A stretch of 64,000 nucleotides of DNA. Source: Naegleria gruberi (taxonomy: Eukaryota). Of the stretch, positions 1 to 12,223 are shown piece by piece. The position numbers and the translations under genes are program-made. The stretch is taken from assembly GCA_000004985.1 (NCBI GenBank), contig GG738845.1; one strand, 5' to 3'. The notes under the pieces are model-generated. The model saw nothing but the letters and a program-made list of their open reading frames with translations, was not told the origin of the DNA and did not search any database. The stretch's first letter is position 1; each line of letters begins with the position of its first letter.

Positions 1-2697
1 GAAGAATGGGGAGAATTTTTGCACGTGCCAAACAAAAAGTTTAACGATTTTGCAGAAATCAAGAATGAAATTGTTAGAGAAACAGATAGATTAACTGGTT
101 CAAACAAGAATATTTCGGAAAAACCAATTAATTTGAAAATTTTCAGCCCAAAGTGAGTGTTTTAATCATTTTCTTAAACTAATTATTCCGAATAGTGTTT
201 TGGATTTGACATTAGTAGATCTTCCAGGTATCACAAAAGTTGCCATTGGTGACCAACCTAAAGATATCGAAATTCAAATAAGAAATATGATTATGAACTA
301 TATTAACAAACCTAATTGTTTGATTCTTGCTGTTACCGCTGCAAACACTGATCTTGCAAACTCTGACGCTCTCAAATTAGCAAAGGAAGTAGATAAAACA
401 GGAAGTCGTACTTTGGGTGTGTTGACCAAAGTTGATATCATGGATCAAGGGACCGACTGTACAGACATTATAAGAGGAGAAGTACTTCCTCTTAGATTAG
501 GATATATTGGTGTTGTTAATAGATCACAAAATGATATTAATATGAACAAATCAATTCGTGATGCATTGAAAGACGAAGAACGCTACTTCCAAAATCATCC
601 AGCATATAAACCAATTGCTGATCGTATGGGCACAGCTCACTTGGCAAGAACCTTGAAAAGAATTTTATTGAACCACATTAAGGAAGTATTGCCAGAGTTG
701 AAGAATAAGGTATCCATTCTTATTCAACAAGCTCAGATGCGTTTGGCAGAATATGGTGTCCCACTTGATGAAAGTTCTATGAGTAGTGGAGGAATGGTTT
801 TACAAAAACTTACAGAGTTTTCAACTGAATATGTAGAGACTATTGATGGTAGAAATGCTGAGGTTTCAACATCTGAATTATTTGGAGGAGCAAGAATCAA
901 CTATATTTTTACAAACAAGTTTTATCCTGTCCTCTCCGAAATTGATGCATGTGAAAATTTGACTGATTTTGATATTAGAACAGCTATCAGAAATGCTAAA
1001 GGCCCAAGAACATCTCTCTTTATTCCGGAAGCTGCATTCGAAATGCTTGTGAAAAGACAGGTAAAACTCTTGGAAACACCAAGTCTAAATTGTGTAGATG
1101 ACGTTTTAGAAGAGTTGTTTGGAATTGAGGAACATTGTGAAAGAGTGTTGGCAAGGTAGGTTTTAATTACATACCTTTACTTACCAAAGGTAAAGATTCC
1201 CAAATCTTAAAAGTAGGACCCATGAATTTGTTGTTGATTTGCTAAGAAAGTATTCTGATCCATTGAAAGAATTTATTAGTAACATTATTAGAATTGAATT
1301 GGCATATATCAACACTAATCATCCAGACTTTTTCAGTAACAATAAGGTTGTAGGCGTTTTAGGTGAACAAAAACGTAAGTTGTCTATTGCATTTTTTTCA
1401 CATGACATGCAAAACTAGAGCCTCCTCTACCACAACAAGGATATCAACAACAAGGTTACCCACCTCAACAACCAATGCATCCAAACATCAATCAACAACA
1501 AGGCTATCCACCTCAACAACCACAACAACAAGGAAGAAGACCACCAACAATTAATCAACAAGTTGCCCAACAACCACCACAACAAGTGAGTATCTAACAA
1601 AGAAACACCGACACTTTACACACATACATTAATTTTTCATCTCACCATTGCTTGACCATAATAATTTGATTGAATGACTTATTTGGCGGACTGTTGTTAT
1701 ACCAATACCTCAAAACACTATGTTTCCACAATTATTTAATTACAATTCATACTAACAATTATTTTTTAATAATCTCAGATTGAAGAACAACAACCTGAAG
1801 ACGGGGAATGGGAGCAAGTTGAAACCTATCCACCACCAAAAAATCCAAACCAAATTACTATCAAAAATAGTTTGAAGGGAACAGGATCAAGCACTTCCTC
1901 TTCCCATAAAGAGTCGCAAAAAGAGTCCCATGGTGTAACAGGACGTATTTTCAACTTTTTTGGTATGCACAAGGATTCCAAGGATAAACCTTCTGGTAAG
2001 TTTCTTTAGAGATTATATTTCTTAACCTTTAATAGGAAACAATGACAATTCATTTTTTGATAATATGACTGGTAGTGTTTCTCTCAATTCCAACAAAGAA
2101 GTTGAAGTCAATGTTTCTCTCCCAAAGAAGAATTCTAAATCAAGACAACCTCCTCAGCCACAACAGCCTCCACAAGTTGTTAATCAACCCCCTCAAATTT
2201 TAAACAGTCCGCCAAATGAAGTGCAACAATATAATGAGTATTATGGTCAAAACAATTATGAGGTTTGCATTTTACTAACACATTATCATTTTTACTAACC
2301 TTTCTTTTTTATTTACACATAATCGATGAATGTCATTTTAAAAAAGGATTACAATATCCCACAACAAAATCCAAATGCTGCCTTCTTGAGTAATTTTGAG
2401 GAACGTGAAACTAAGGAGACTGAAACAATCAAAACACTTTTGCAACATTATTTTGAAATTGTTAGAACTTCAGTATCAGATAGCGTACCTAAAGCAATTA
2501 TTCATTTCCTTGTTTCCAAATCCAAGATTAATATGCAAAGTGAGTTGGTAAGGAACTTGTATAGAGTAGAGCTTTATGAGGAGCTTTTGAAAGAAAATGA
2601 GGTAATGGCTCAAAAGAGAAAGAGAACAGAAAAGATGTTAACCACCTTACTCAAAGCACAAGATGCTCTCAATGATGTAAAAAATAAGAAAATTTAA
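1..2697 (+). CDS. Dynamin-family large GTPase, 5'-partial, 7 exons: join(<1..152,196..1155,1214..1374,1419..1585,1779..1995,2036..2262,2347..2697). It has a P/Q-rich insert (QQGYPPQQP repeats) where classical dynamins have the PH/PRD region, and a C-terminal GED.
   Basis: Translation gives the GTPase core [18 protein letters not shown]...[23 protein letters not shown]...TKVD; the middle domain [13 protein letters not shown]; and the [20 protein letters not shown]...[10 protein letters not shown]. Introns start gtgagt, gtaggt, gtaagt, gtgagt, gtaagt, gtttgc. TACTAAC occurs at 1750-1756 and twice in the 2263-2346 intron. The joined length of 2235 nt is divisible by 3 with no in-frame stops. ORF 1363-1554 is the wrong frame of exon 4. 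Confidence 0.85.
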
Positions 2698-2796
2698 ATA
2701 TTATTTGAATATTGATTATAAATATGTTGATGTAAAATATTTTTTAAATTGATTGAACGTTGTTGATTAAATTATATTTTTAAATTTGAATAAAAA

Positions 2797-3064
2797 ATGT
2801 TTTCACCATTCGGAAAGGGAAAGCCTCAACCTCCACCAAAAAGAAAGGCCCACAATGAAATGAAGAGAAAACTCGTGTACTTTATTTTAGGCTGTGCTGT
2901 TGTTGGTGTTGCTCCTTATGTTAGTGAACCTGTGTCGAAATTTTTAGGATCATTCTTTGGTGCTGGTAAGTAATAATTAAATTATCATCACGTCATTAAA
3001 ATTTAAAACATTAGAAAATTCCAACGCCGAGACTGTGATTTCATATGATCCTGACTTGTTATAA
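2797..3064 (+). CDS. Small single-pass membrane protein, about 73 aa, 2 exons: join(2797..2965,3015..3064).
   Basis: ATG at 2797, gtaagt donor at 2966, 'cattag' acceptor ending at 3014, frame kept to TAA at 3062-3064. The K/P-rich N-terminus is followed by a hydrophobic helix, LVYFILGCAVVGVAPYV. No family recognised. Confidence 0.35.
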
Positions 3065-3166
3065 ATGCCCAATATAACATACATCATCATTAGATCCGAT
3101 CCTAATCTTCAACTGCCTACCTCCTTCCATCATCTTCAATAAAAAATTCAAGTTTTAATTAAGAAC

Positions 3167-5743
3167 CTATACTAATCCTTTACTAAATTCTAAATAGAGC
3201 TGAACACAATCGTCTCTCCTTGTGTAGTCCATACATGAGTGTACAATTTGGTAAAAATCTCTCAAAAGAGAAACAAGAGGAATTCCATTCTTATCCTCTT
3301 GGTCCGTGCATTGAGAAATAACTCTTCTAAGGATAGAAAAAAGCTCTTTGAGATGAGAATGGTCAATTGTTTGTGTACAATTGAAAAGAAGGATTATTAA
3401 TTGCTTTACGAGCTTTTTTTGATTAGATATTTCACTCCTCAAGATTAATTGCTCAATTTGTCTGAGTGTAAAGTCTATCAAGATGTTGTCGTGTAGGTAG
3501 TTTAGAATTAAATGAAAGGTACTACAAAATAATTGTTGGAGTTGATTCGACGACTTTTGCTTATCCTCTTGTATGACAAGTTTTAAATAATAAGGTAGAA
3601 TAAGGTTGCTAATCTTGTATCCATCCATAAAGAAGGTAATGAATAGTTGGTGAGCTTGTTGAACTATTTGCTTATTATTGTGAATGAGACAATTAAACAT
3701 GAAGGGAACAAGCTGATTTTTAAACAAATTTTCATTAGAAAATTGCTTACTCTGAAGTATTAGACTAAAGAATCCCAAATAAAAATAAACTGTTGATAGA
3801 TACACCATATTATTTTGATAACTCTTTAAAAAGAGTGAATCTCCCAAAGTCTTGATTGTTGTATCAGAGAATATAAATTGTTCAATAGTTTGCGGATGAT
3901 ATTGTATTATTTTCTTTAAAAATATGGTGTACATTGAAACTGAATCCAGATCTTTCATAAATTCAGTGCTTGCAAGTATTTTTAATATTAAAATAATATC
4001 CTCGTGAGTAATATTCTTATTCTTCTCCATTAATGAGAGATTTTGCCGTATATTGTTGAATAATTTTGTGTTGTCTGTGTATATCTTTAAAATAAATATC
4101 AACAGTGAACTAGATATATTTTTTAAATGAAATTTCAATTCTTCCATTGATACTAGATCTTCAATAATTCTATCCTTCTTTGGTTTGCTAAAAGATTTTG
4201 AAAATGATTGACTTAGCATACTGACCATATCATACATTGTTTGAATATATTTGGAATGAGAGATGGAGATAATCATTACAAGGTTATTAATTAATAGATA
4301 AATATAAGAGTAGAGACTTGACTTTTGATATTCTGAAAATAATGCCTTCAAATCTGTAATTGATAAATCATGTTTTAAAGCAGACACTAGAGTGGGAATC
4401 ATATAAAGCCTCTCCTTTAGTGAATGGTTTAGTAGTCTGTCAATGAAAATATCGAAATGTTTGAATAAACTTAAATGAGAAGCAACTTGAACTGCAATAA
4501 GTGAATAAACTGTTGACAATGTATTTTCGACATTGTTAATTATTTGAGATTGTACAATTTTCCAAATTTCTTCCAATAGATTTTTAGAAAGGGAGGAATT
4601 AATTAATTTGTTATGCTGAAAATAGGCCACTAGGGCAACTAGTTTAGTAAAACCATCCTGTGAAAAGTTGACAAGGAAAGTTCCAATCGTTTCTGTATTG
4701 TTTAATTGTTCGGATAGTTGAGAAATAAATATATATATTGTAGAGCAAAATTTAAGAATAAAATCAATTAATCTTATGGAGACGTGGTTGTGAACATTGG
4801 TTGAAATAATCTTTGCAACATCCTTATTAGCTATTATGTGTTGTTCCATTTTAAGAATTGATGTTAATAATTTTTGCTTCTTTTCATCAGTTAATTTTCC
4901 ATATATAAAAAGTGTACCAGTTGATTTGATAAGATCTTCAAAAAGGTCCCTATTTCCAGAAACAATCTTCTCTCCTGTAATTTGATTATCATATCTAAAA
5001 GATATAATATCTTTAATTTTATAAATTAAATAAGTACAAAATACACTAAATATAGTATCTATATCATTTTGATTTTGCAAAAATTTACAGCAGTGAGAAA
5101 GAATATGTAAACAAATTCCAACTAATTTTGTAATACTGTGATAATTAGTTAAAAATTTAATTGATGTCTTGTAGAGATAATTAGAGTAAAATGAAATGTC
5201 ATATTCTGTTAAATATTTGTGAAATTCATGAGTTTCATATTTTAAAAATAAAATTAGAATTTTCATATGATAAAGTAACTTGCTCATAGTGAGTGGGTTA
5301 GAGTTGTATGCTGTATTAAACTTTTCTACATATTTAACTTGATCCACACAATATTTAAAAAAACTTGCAAGAATATTGAGTATAACTTGTTTCTTTTCTG
5401 TATTATTCGATTCCAATTTACTATTATCAAGCAATCTTTGAATATTTCCAAATATATATAATAAATATTTCATTTCTCCATTTTTTTGGGAGTCAGTAAG
5501 TTGATGGTTAGTTTGTGCATCTGTCCAATTAATGGGACAATTTTCCATTAAATAATTCATACAAACAATACATTGTTGAGAAAGTTCTTCCAACAAGGAC
5601 GATTGAATAGTAATTCCTATTGATCCTGATGAATCGGAAGATATTGATTTTTTCATCACATCACCAACCAATCCTACAATGTAATTCTGAGAATTTGTTC
5701 TACCACCATTACTGGACGAAGAATGATTGGAAGATTGAGACAT
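3167..5743 (-). CDS. Large alpha-helical (ARM/HEAT-like?) hypothetical protein, about 858 aa.
   Basis: Uninterrupted minus-strand ORF 3167-5788. The likely ATG is at 5743 (AAAAATATG context) giving MSQSSNHSSSS. Long, with codon bias like its neighbours. No family recognised from sequence alone. Confidence 0.5.
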   Translation of the reverse strand: MSQSSNHSSSSNGGRTNSQNYIVGLVGDVMKKSISSDSSGSIGITIQSSLLEELSQQCIVCMNYLMENCPINWTDAQTNHQLTDSQKNGEMKYLLYIFGNIQRLLDNSKLESNNTEKKQVILNILASFFKYCVDQVKYVEKFNTAYNSNPLTMSKLLYHMKILILFLKYETHEFHKYLTEYDISFYSNYLYKTSIKFLTNYHSITKLVGICLHILSHCCKFLQNQNDIDTIFSVFCTYLIYKIKDIISFRYDNQITGEKIVSGNRDLFEDLIKSTGTLFIYGKLTDEKKQKLLTSILKMEQHIIANKDVAKIISTNVHNHVSIRLIDFILKFCSTIYIFISQLSEQLNNTETIGTFLVNFSQDGFTKLVALVAYFQHNKLINSSLSKNLLEEIWKIVQSQIINNVENTLSTVYSLIAVQVASHLSLFKHFDIFIDRLLNHSLKERLYMIPTLVSALKHDLSITDLKALFSEYQKSSLYSYIYLLINNLVMIISISHSKYIQTMYDMVSMLSQSFSKSFSKPKKDRIIEDLVSMEELKFHLKNISSSLLIFILKIYTDNTKLFNNIRQNLSLMEKNKNITHEDIILILKILASTEFMKDLDSVSMYTIFLKKIIQYHPQTIEQFIFSDTTIKTLGDSLFLKSYQNNMVYLSTVYFYLGFFSLILQSKQFSNENLFKNQLVPFMFNCLIHNNKQIVQQAHQLFITFFMDGYKISNLILPYYLKLVIQEDKQKSSNQLQQLFCSTFHLILNYLHDNILIDFTLRQIEQLILRSEISNQKKLVKQLIILLFNCTQTIDHSHLKELFSILRRVISQCTDQEDKNGIPLVSLLRDFYQIVHSCMDYTRRDDCVQLYLEFSKGLV

Positions 5744-5931
5744 ATTTTTTAAAATTGTGTACAACAATTTACAAAATACATACCACAAAATAAATTTTAA
5801 ACAACAGTTAATTTAATCAATTGTTTTAAAACAATGTATTTTAAAATCTCTCGGAGTTTGCATCCGGAAAACCTCTATTAGAAATCATACCCGAAAAATT
5901 ATTAATATTTTAATTTTTAATTTCGAAAAAA

Positions 5932-6699
5932 ATGAAAACCTTCCCATCCTCCACCATTTTACTCGTATTGGTGGCCCTTTTAGCTACCGTTTTGATGGTC
6001 AACGCCATTGGAGAAAATAGAAACTACATTCAAAACTTAAAGAACAAGAGAGAAATTAAATTCAATAATCCAGCAAGCACTATTGGCGGTCTTGTTCAAC
6101 ATTTAGGCTCCGTTTTGAAGGGATATCCATCAAAATTGGAATCAATTTCTTCATTGGATCTCTTTGAAAGACCATTAGTTGGTATTGTCCTTTCTCCATC
6201 AAAATCTAACGAAGTCAATGATGTTATTATCAAGAAGATTCAAAACTTGTTTGAAAATGATGTTGTTACTACCGTCTCATCTTTGAAGGAAATTAATTTT
6301 GCTACTATCCAATCTGGTATTGTTGTTGTTACCCATGTTGAAGTAAGTTTAAATTGTTGTGGATATTTCTTACGCATTCAATAGAATGTTGACAATGAAA
6401 TGAAGTTGGCTCCAGAAAGATCCGAAGTTGTTGTTTTGAATTTGGAAAAGAATCTCCAAGTAATGACACCTGCCCAAAGATTACTCTTGTCTGTTTATGA
6501 TATTAACAATACTACCACCAATAGTACAAACGTCACTGTGATTACTGACTTTGAACGTGCTGATTATCAAATGCAATTGTGGGTTTGGGTCTTTACTATT
6601 GTTTGTGTCATTTTGGCTATTTTTGCAGTCAACAAGATTGACTATTCTGCCGACCAAATGTTGTATGCACTTGAAATGACAAAGAGTCACCACGACTAA
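5932..6699 (+). CDS. Type I membrane glycoprotein with a signal peptide and a C-terminal TM plus short tail; possibly V-ATPase accessory ATP6AP2/(pro)renin-receptor-like. Join(5932..6342,6385..6699).
   Basis: N-terminal signal peptide MKTFPSSTILLVLVALLATVLMVNA; intron gtaagt...caatag 6343-6384 joins ORFs 5932-6384 and 6400-6699 in frame. C-terminal TM WVWVFTIVCVILAIFAV; tail DQMLYALEMTKSHHD shows the D-x3-Y-x5-K-x3-D spacing of the ATP6AP2 tail (DSIIYRMTNQKIRMD). Confidence 0.45.
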
Positions 6700-6947
6700 G
6701 ACAAAAACCTCCACACAATCTATTCCTCAATAATAAATAAACTCCTCGATTAAATTATTTTTTAACCCACAATTTTTTATTGTTAAAGAAAATTAAAGTT
6801 TTTTAATAATCCTAACACCTATCCTCTAGCAATGAAATGATGTATACAAATGTAGCGTAGGGACAACTGAAATACATTGAAGATAAGCTACTGGAATCTC
6901 AAATTACTGATCTTGTGAATTGTTTTTTAAGCAAAATTGAAATTTAT

Positions 6948-8462
6948 TTACGAGAGCTCGTCTTGTTGGTTCAAAATTTGGAGTAGCCAATTTGGGGTAA
7001 CCAGTTGTTCGTTTGTACATTTTCTTGGAGGGAAGATAACGTATAAATAATCATTTTCACCACTAATCGAATAGGTATGATTAAAATCTTTCCAACTCAC
7101 CACTGAATCTTCCATACCAGTTACCAACATCAGGTTGTAACATTTATCATTTACAGTCATATTTTTCCAAATTTTCTCAAAAATATTGTCAATGAATAAA
7201 GGAGGAAGAATACCTTCCAATTTGATAATAAAGGTTTGATCGACTCTTGAAAAAGACACTTCCTCTGTAAGAGAATTTGAGAAGAGCAATGAATTTTTTT
7301 GGCTAATTATTTCCTCTGCTGAGTCATTAATTGGTTGTTGATCCTTATTATAAGATCCAATAAAATCATTTGCCATTCCACCACTCAATAAACCAACACA
7401 GTTAAGGAGAGCTTTGGCTGTTTGTTGTTTTACCAATTCTTTTTCTTCTTCAACAGTTTGAACCTTTGTAAAAAAGTCAGTGTTGATGTAATCCTCCTCT
7501 TCATCAACATCTTCTTCTTCATCAGAATTCTCATTCATGGCATTATATGATTGAGAAGGTTCTGTGGTACTTGAACTAGAGGAGCTACTGGTTGACTTGT
7601 TACTGAGAACTTCTGTAAGGGATATGCCTACTTGTGGAAGCAATAGATTTTCCTCTTTTAAAACTCTAACATTAAAAAATTCTTTTCCAGAAATCTTTTT
7701 GATTTTTGACTCGTTAGAGTTCATGTACTCTTCGAAATTATCAAGACTAATCCAACAATTATTTTGAATACTATAAATACCAAAGTAGCAATGAATAGGA
7801 TTAAGCTCTTCCCTATTTAAGGCCCATTTCAATCTTTCGTATTGTTTAGAATTGTTTTTGAATGGCAGATCATAAGAAACTGTAGAGTAGGTATCACTTT
7901 CGAATTGAGCAGAGTTGGCGCTTGTTTTTTTAGAGTTTGTCTTATTTTTCTCAGTTCTCTGTAATCCCATTTCTAATAAAGTATCCTTGTCAAATCTAAA
8001 TCGTAAATGATGAATTCTTTCACTATTTTCAGATTTGTTAAATGTTGGATAAATTGCCATTTGGTTGGAGCTCATGGAATCGGAATTTGCTCCTAAGGTA
8101 TGACAATAAATCAAGTAATCATCACTCTTGTTGAGAATTTCATCTTGAACAAAGGTTATAATATCAATTGGTTGAATATTTGAACAAATATAGATGGCAG
8201 AATTTTCTTTAAATTTTGTACAAGTATCCAATAATTGTTGGATGATTTGATTGTTTTTTTCGTCTTTAATTTCTGACTCGAGTGCGTCGGAATAATTGAC
8301 AATACTTTCTGTACTATGATTTAACACTATTTCCATTCTGTAATTGAAAGGATGATTTTTAATAATATCATGATGGTTGGCTTTTTCGTGTTCTAGATAT
8401 GTATCACTCCACAAAATAATGCGGGATGGTAGTGGTTCAACACCTGCTGCAAAATTTAACAT
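6948..8462 (-). CDS. Hypothetical protein, 504 aa, with a serine-rich and an acidic segment.
   Basis: Continuous minus-strand ORF starting MLNFAAGVEPLPS. Has internal SSSSSSSTTEPS and EEEDVDEEED tracts. No family recognised. Confidence 0.5.
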   Translation of the reverse strand: MLNFAAGVEPLPSRIILWSDTYLEHEKANHHDIIKNHPFNYRMEIVLNHSTESIVNYSDALESEIKDEKNNQIIQQLLDTCTKFKENSAIYICSNIQPIDIITFVQDEILNKSDDYLIYCHTLGANSDSMSSNQMAIYPTFNKSENSERIHHLRFRFDKDTLLEMGLQRTEKNKTNSKKTSANSAQFESDTYSTVSYDLPFKNNSKQYERLKWALNREELNPIHCYFGIYSIQNNCWISLDNFEEYMNSNESKIKKISGKEFFNVRVLKEENLLLPQVGISLTEVLSNKSTSSSSSSSTTEPSQSYNAMNENSDEEEDVDEEEDYINTDFFTKVQTVEEEKELVKQQTAKALLNCVGLLSGGMANDFIGSYNKDQQPINDSAEEIISQKNSLLFSNSLTEEVSFSRVDQTFIIKLEGILPPLFIDNIFEKIWKNMTVNDKCYNLMLVTGMEDSVVSWKDFNHTYSISGENDYLYVIFPPRKCTNEQLVTPNWLLQILNQQDELS

Positions 8463-8689
8463 TTTTTAAAATCGAGAAAAATAAATAAAAAATTTCAAAA
8501 GCCAAATAATTTAGATAGAAAAAGAAGTCAAGAAAAATTTGAAGGTGGTTTTCTAAATTTGCATAGTTAATTTTAGAGATGGGTTTTATTTAGATTTTTA
8601 AACTGAATATTTTTAGAATTTTAAAAGAGTCTCAATAAATAATAACCATCTCTCCGTAAAAAATAGATAATAAAATTTGAATTAAAAAA

Positions 8690-11600
8690 ATGAGCACAAC
8701 CGAAGCAAAGGTAATTATCAACAATTTTTATTTTAATATTTATTAGATCACACCAGGAAACCAAGGTACAACAAGCAAAAGGTACAGCCAAGAGAGACTT
8801 CTTGATTGATATTGAGAAGAAATATCAACAAGAATGGGAAGATAATCACATTTATGAATCTTCGGCCAGCGATTTGGAAAACAAGGAAAAATTCTTTGCT
8901 ACTTTCCCATATCCATACATGAACGGTAGACTCCACTTGGGTCACGCTTTCTCTATGACAAAAGCTGAATTCCAAACTCGTTTCCAAAGACTTTTGGGAA
9001 AGAATGTTTTGTTCCCATTCGGGTTCCACTGTACAGGTATGCCAATTGCTGCTTGTGCTGATAGATTGAAGAGAGAAATTGAAGATTTTGGAAATCCACC
9101 TAAATTCCCAGATGTTCAAGTTAAAAAAACAGATGATGACGAAAAAGTTGAGGATGAATCTGCTGAAGTTAAAACTGGTGAATATCAATGGAATATTATG
9201 AGAAAGAACGGATTGTCAGATGAAGATATTGCTAAATTTGCTGATGCCAAATATTGGTTGGAATATTTCCCACCACTTGCCAAGAAGGATCTTCAAAGGT
9301 TTGGAGTTGCTTGTGATTTCCGTCGTAGTTTTATCACAACAGATTTGAATCCGTATTATGATTCTTTCATTCGTTGGCAATTTAACCAATTGAAAGAACA
9401 AGGAAGAATTAGTTTTGGTAAACGTTACAGCATTTTCTCTCCAAAGGATAACCAACTTTGTGCAGACCACGATAGAGCTGTTGGTGAAGGTGCTAAGCCA
9501 CAAGAATATACAGTTGTAAAATTGTTCTTGCAAAAACCATACCCAAAGGTTTTGGAACACTTGCAAGATAAGAGAGTTTATTTGGGAGCTGCCACTTTGC
9601 GTCCAGAGACAATGTTTGGACAAACAAATTGTTGGCTTTTGCCTGATGGAGAATATGGCGCTTTTGAAACTAATAATGGTGAAGTTATAATTTGTACTGC
9701 AAGAGCTGCCAGAAATCTTGCTTGGCAAGAATTGAGTCCAAGACCTGGTGAAGTAGTTCAACTTGCCAAATTTTTGGGAGCTGATTTGATGGGAGCTGCT
9801 GTTGATGCACCAATGTCTCCACTCAAAACTATCCATGTTTTGCCAATGATGTCAATTTCTACAAGAAAAACAACTGGTGTTGTCACATCTGTGCCTAGTG
9901 ATGCACCTGCTGATTTTGCAGCTCTTCAAGATTTGAAGAACAAGGCTGATCTCAGAACAAAATTCAACATCAAAGAAGAATATCTTCATGATCCTATTCC
10001 AATTATTGAAGTTCCAGAGTATGGTACTTTGTGTGCTCCAGCTCTCTGTGAAAAATACAAGATTAAATCTCAAAACGATAAGGATGGTTTGGAAAAAGCT
10101 AAGGATGAAGCTTATCTTCTCGGATTTAGTAAGGGTGTATTTGTAATGGAAGGTGAATTCAAGGGAATGTCAGTTAAGGACACAAAGAACAGAATTCGTC
10201 AAAAATTACTAGATGAAGGAATGGCTGTTCCATATGCTGAACCAGACAAGGAAGTTATCAGTAGATCAGGTGACAGATGTGTTGTCAGTTTGACTGATCA
10301 ATGGTATTTGGCCTACGGTGAAGAAGAATGGAAGAATGTTGTAATGAATCATCTTAAGACTAAATTCCATGTCTATAACTCTGCCACTATCAATGAACTT
10401 GAATCAACAGTGGAATGGTTGAAAGAATGGGGATGTTCAAGATCATATGGTCTTGGTACTAAGCTCCCATGGGATGAACAATTCTTGATTGAATCATTGA
10501 GCGATTCTACAATTTACATGGCATACTATACTGTTGCTCATCTTTTGCAAGGTGGAGTTTTGGATGGATCTGGTCAAAGTCCAGCAGGTGTTAAACCAGA
10601 GCAATTGACTGACGATATTTGGAGTTACATCTTCCATGGTAAGCCTCTCACTTCAACCAATGGAATTAACCAAGAAGTATTGGATTCATTGAGAAAGGAA
10701 TTCCAATACTGGTATCCTGTTGATTTGCGTGTCAGTGGTAAGGATTTGATTAAGAACCATTTGACCATGTTCCTTTATAACCATGCTGCTATCTTCCCAG
10801 ATCAAATGCCAGGATCTATTTTTGCTAACGGTTATGTTATGGTAAACGGTGAAAAGATGAGTAAGCAAGCTGGTAACTTTTTGACTTTGCAAGGTGTTAT
10901 CGAAATGTATGGCGCTGATGCTACTAGACTTGCTCTTTGTGACAGTGGTGATACTCACGATGATGCTAACTTTGAGCAAAATAATGCCAACAGTGCTGTT
11001 CTCAAGCTCAATACCTTCTTGGAATGGATAGAAGAGACACTCACCAAGGGTGATATGAGAGATGAAGAAAGTGAATACCTCTTTGCTGACAAGATCTTTG
11101 ATGCCAAGATGAATTTGTATGTTACTGAATCAAAGAAACACTACGAGGCTATGGTTTATAAGGAAGTTTTCAAGACTGTTTGGGTTTCAATGCAAGATGC
11201 TCTTTCTAAGTATATTGAAACTATGAAGAGAGATTCTATCAAATTGCACAAGAAGCTTATTTTGAGATTTATTGAACTCCAAAGTATTATTCTTTCACCT
11301 GTACTTCCTCACTGTACTGAACATATTTGGAAGGAATATCTTAAGAAGGACGGATCAATTGTTAACACTAAATGGCCTGTAGTACCAGCTGCTGATGAAT
11401 CACTCTTGCTTAGTGATGAATATCTTAAAGATGCTCTCCACAAATTCCGTCAATCTTTCCAAAAGGAATCCAAGGCCAAGAAGAAGGCTCTTAAGGCTTA
11501 TATTTATGTTGCTGACAAGTATTTGGATTGGCAAATTAAGAGTTTGGAAATTCTTTCAAAGCACAAAGAATCTTTCCATGATAAGGAAAAGGAAGATGCC

Positions 11601-11891
11601 GCTATGAAGGTTATTTCTCAAGAGCTTAAGGAATTTATGAAGTTCAAGCCAATGCCTTTTGTAGCCCTCAAGAAGGAACAATACAAAAAGGATGGTGATT
11701 CGGCTTTGAGCACAGAGTTGCCATTTAATGAATTTGAACTTCTCAACTCAAATATTAACCTTATTAAGGCTTGCTTTGGAGATATTGAAGTTGAAATTTA
11801 TTCACTTTCTCAAACATATCCAGATCCTTTGAAGAGAGCTACCAGAGCTCAACCAATGGATCCTTCATTTGGTGTTGAATGGGAAAAATAA
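8690..11891 (+). CDS. LARS1: Cytoplasmic leucyl-tRNA synthetase (class I, LARS1-type), join(8690..8710,8757..11891).
   Basis: A 7-codon first exon (MSTTEAK) and a 46-nt intron gtaatt...caccag (8711-8756). The spliced N-terminus KGTAKRDFLIDIEKKYQQEWE matches human LARS1 [20 protein letters not shown]. The HIGH motif (PYMNGRLHLGHAF) and KMSKS region (KMSKQAGN) are present. Confidence 0.9.
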
Positions 11892-12223
11892 ATTATTTAT
11901 AATTATTACTATTTAATCATAACATAATTTCGTTCGTGGCAGGGAAGGTTTGAATATTTGCTAATAGCTAAAGTCAATCCCTTAACTCAAAACTATGAGT
12001 TGCTTTGATCACAAAAAGTCCAATTATTCAGTCATCGTAAAAATTATTGAGTTAATTAACATTGGTTGGGAAAAAGAGTTTTGCAGACATTAGTGACATT
12101 CCGGTTCGAATCATCACTGTATAGAAGACTAAAGAAAACAGCTGTTGAATTAAAAAAACAATCCAATAACCTGGAGAATCCCATACCAGTGTTGGATCTG
12201 CAGCATTTCTCGTAAATTCATAC

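Noticed and set aside
1363-1554. ORF-track 63-aa S/T-rich ORF inside the dynamin locus.
   Set aside because: It is the alternative reading frame of the P/Q-rich dynamin exon 4. Splice phases from exon 3 select the P/Q frame. Only one shifted acceptor (1420) would give the S/T frame, and that frame hits a stop.
9216-10979. Antisense ORFs (9216-9836, 9852-10073, 10686-10979) within the LeuRS gene.
   Set aside because: They lie wholly inside a confidently identified conserved CDS on the opposite strand. They are low-complexity, with no recognisable domain.
12095-12120. A GGTTCGAATC T-loop-like motif suggesting a tRNA gene.
   Set aside because: The flanking bases cannot form a T-stem or the rest of a cloverleaf on either strand. 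The region is inside a predicted exon or 3' UTR of the small membrane-protein gene.
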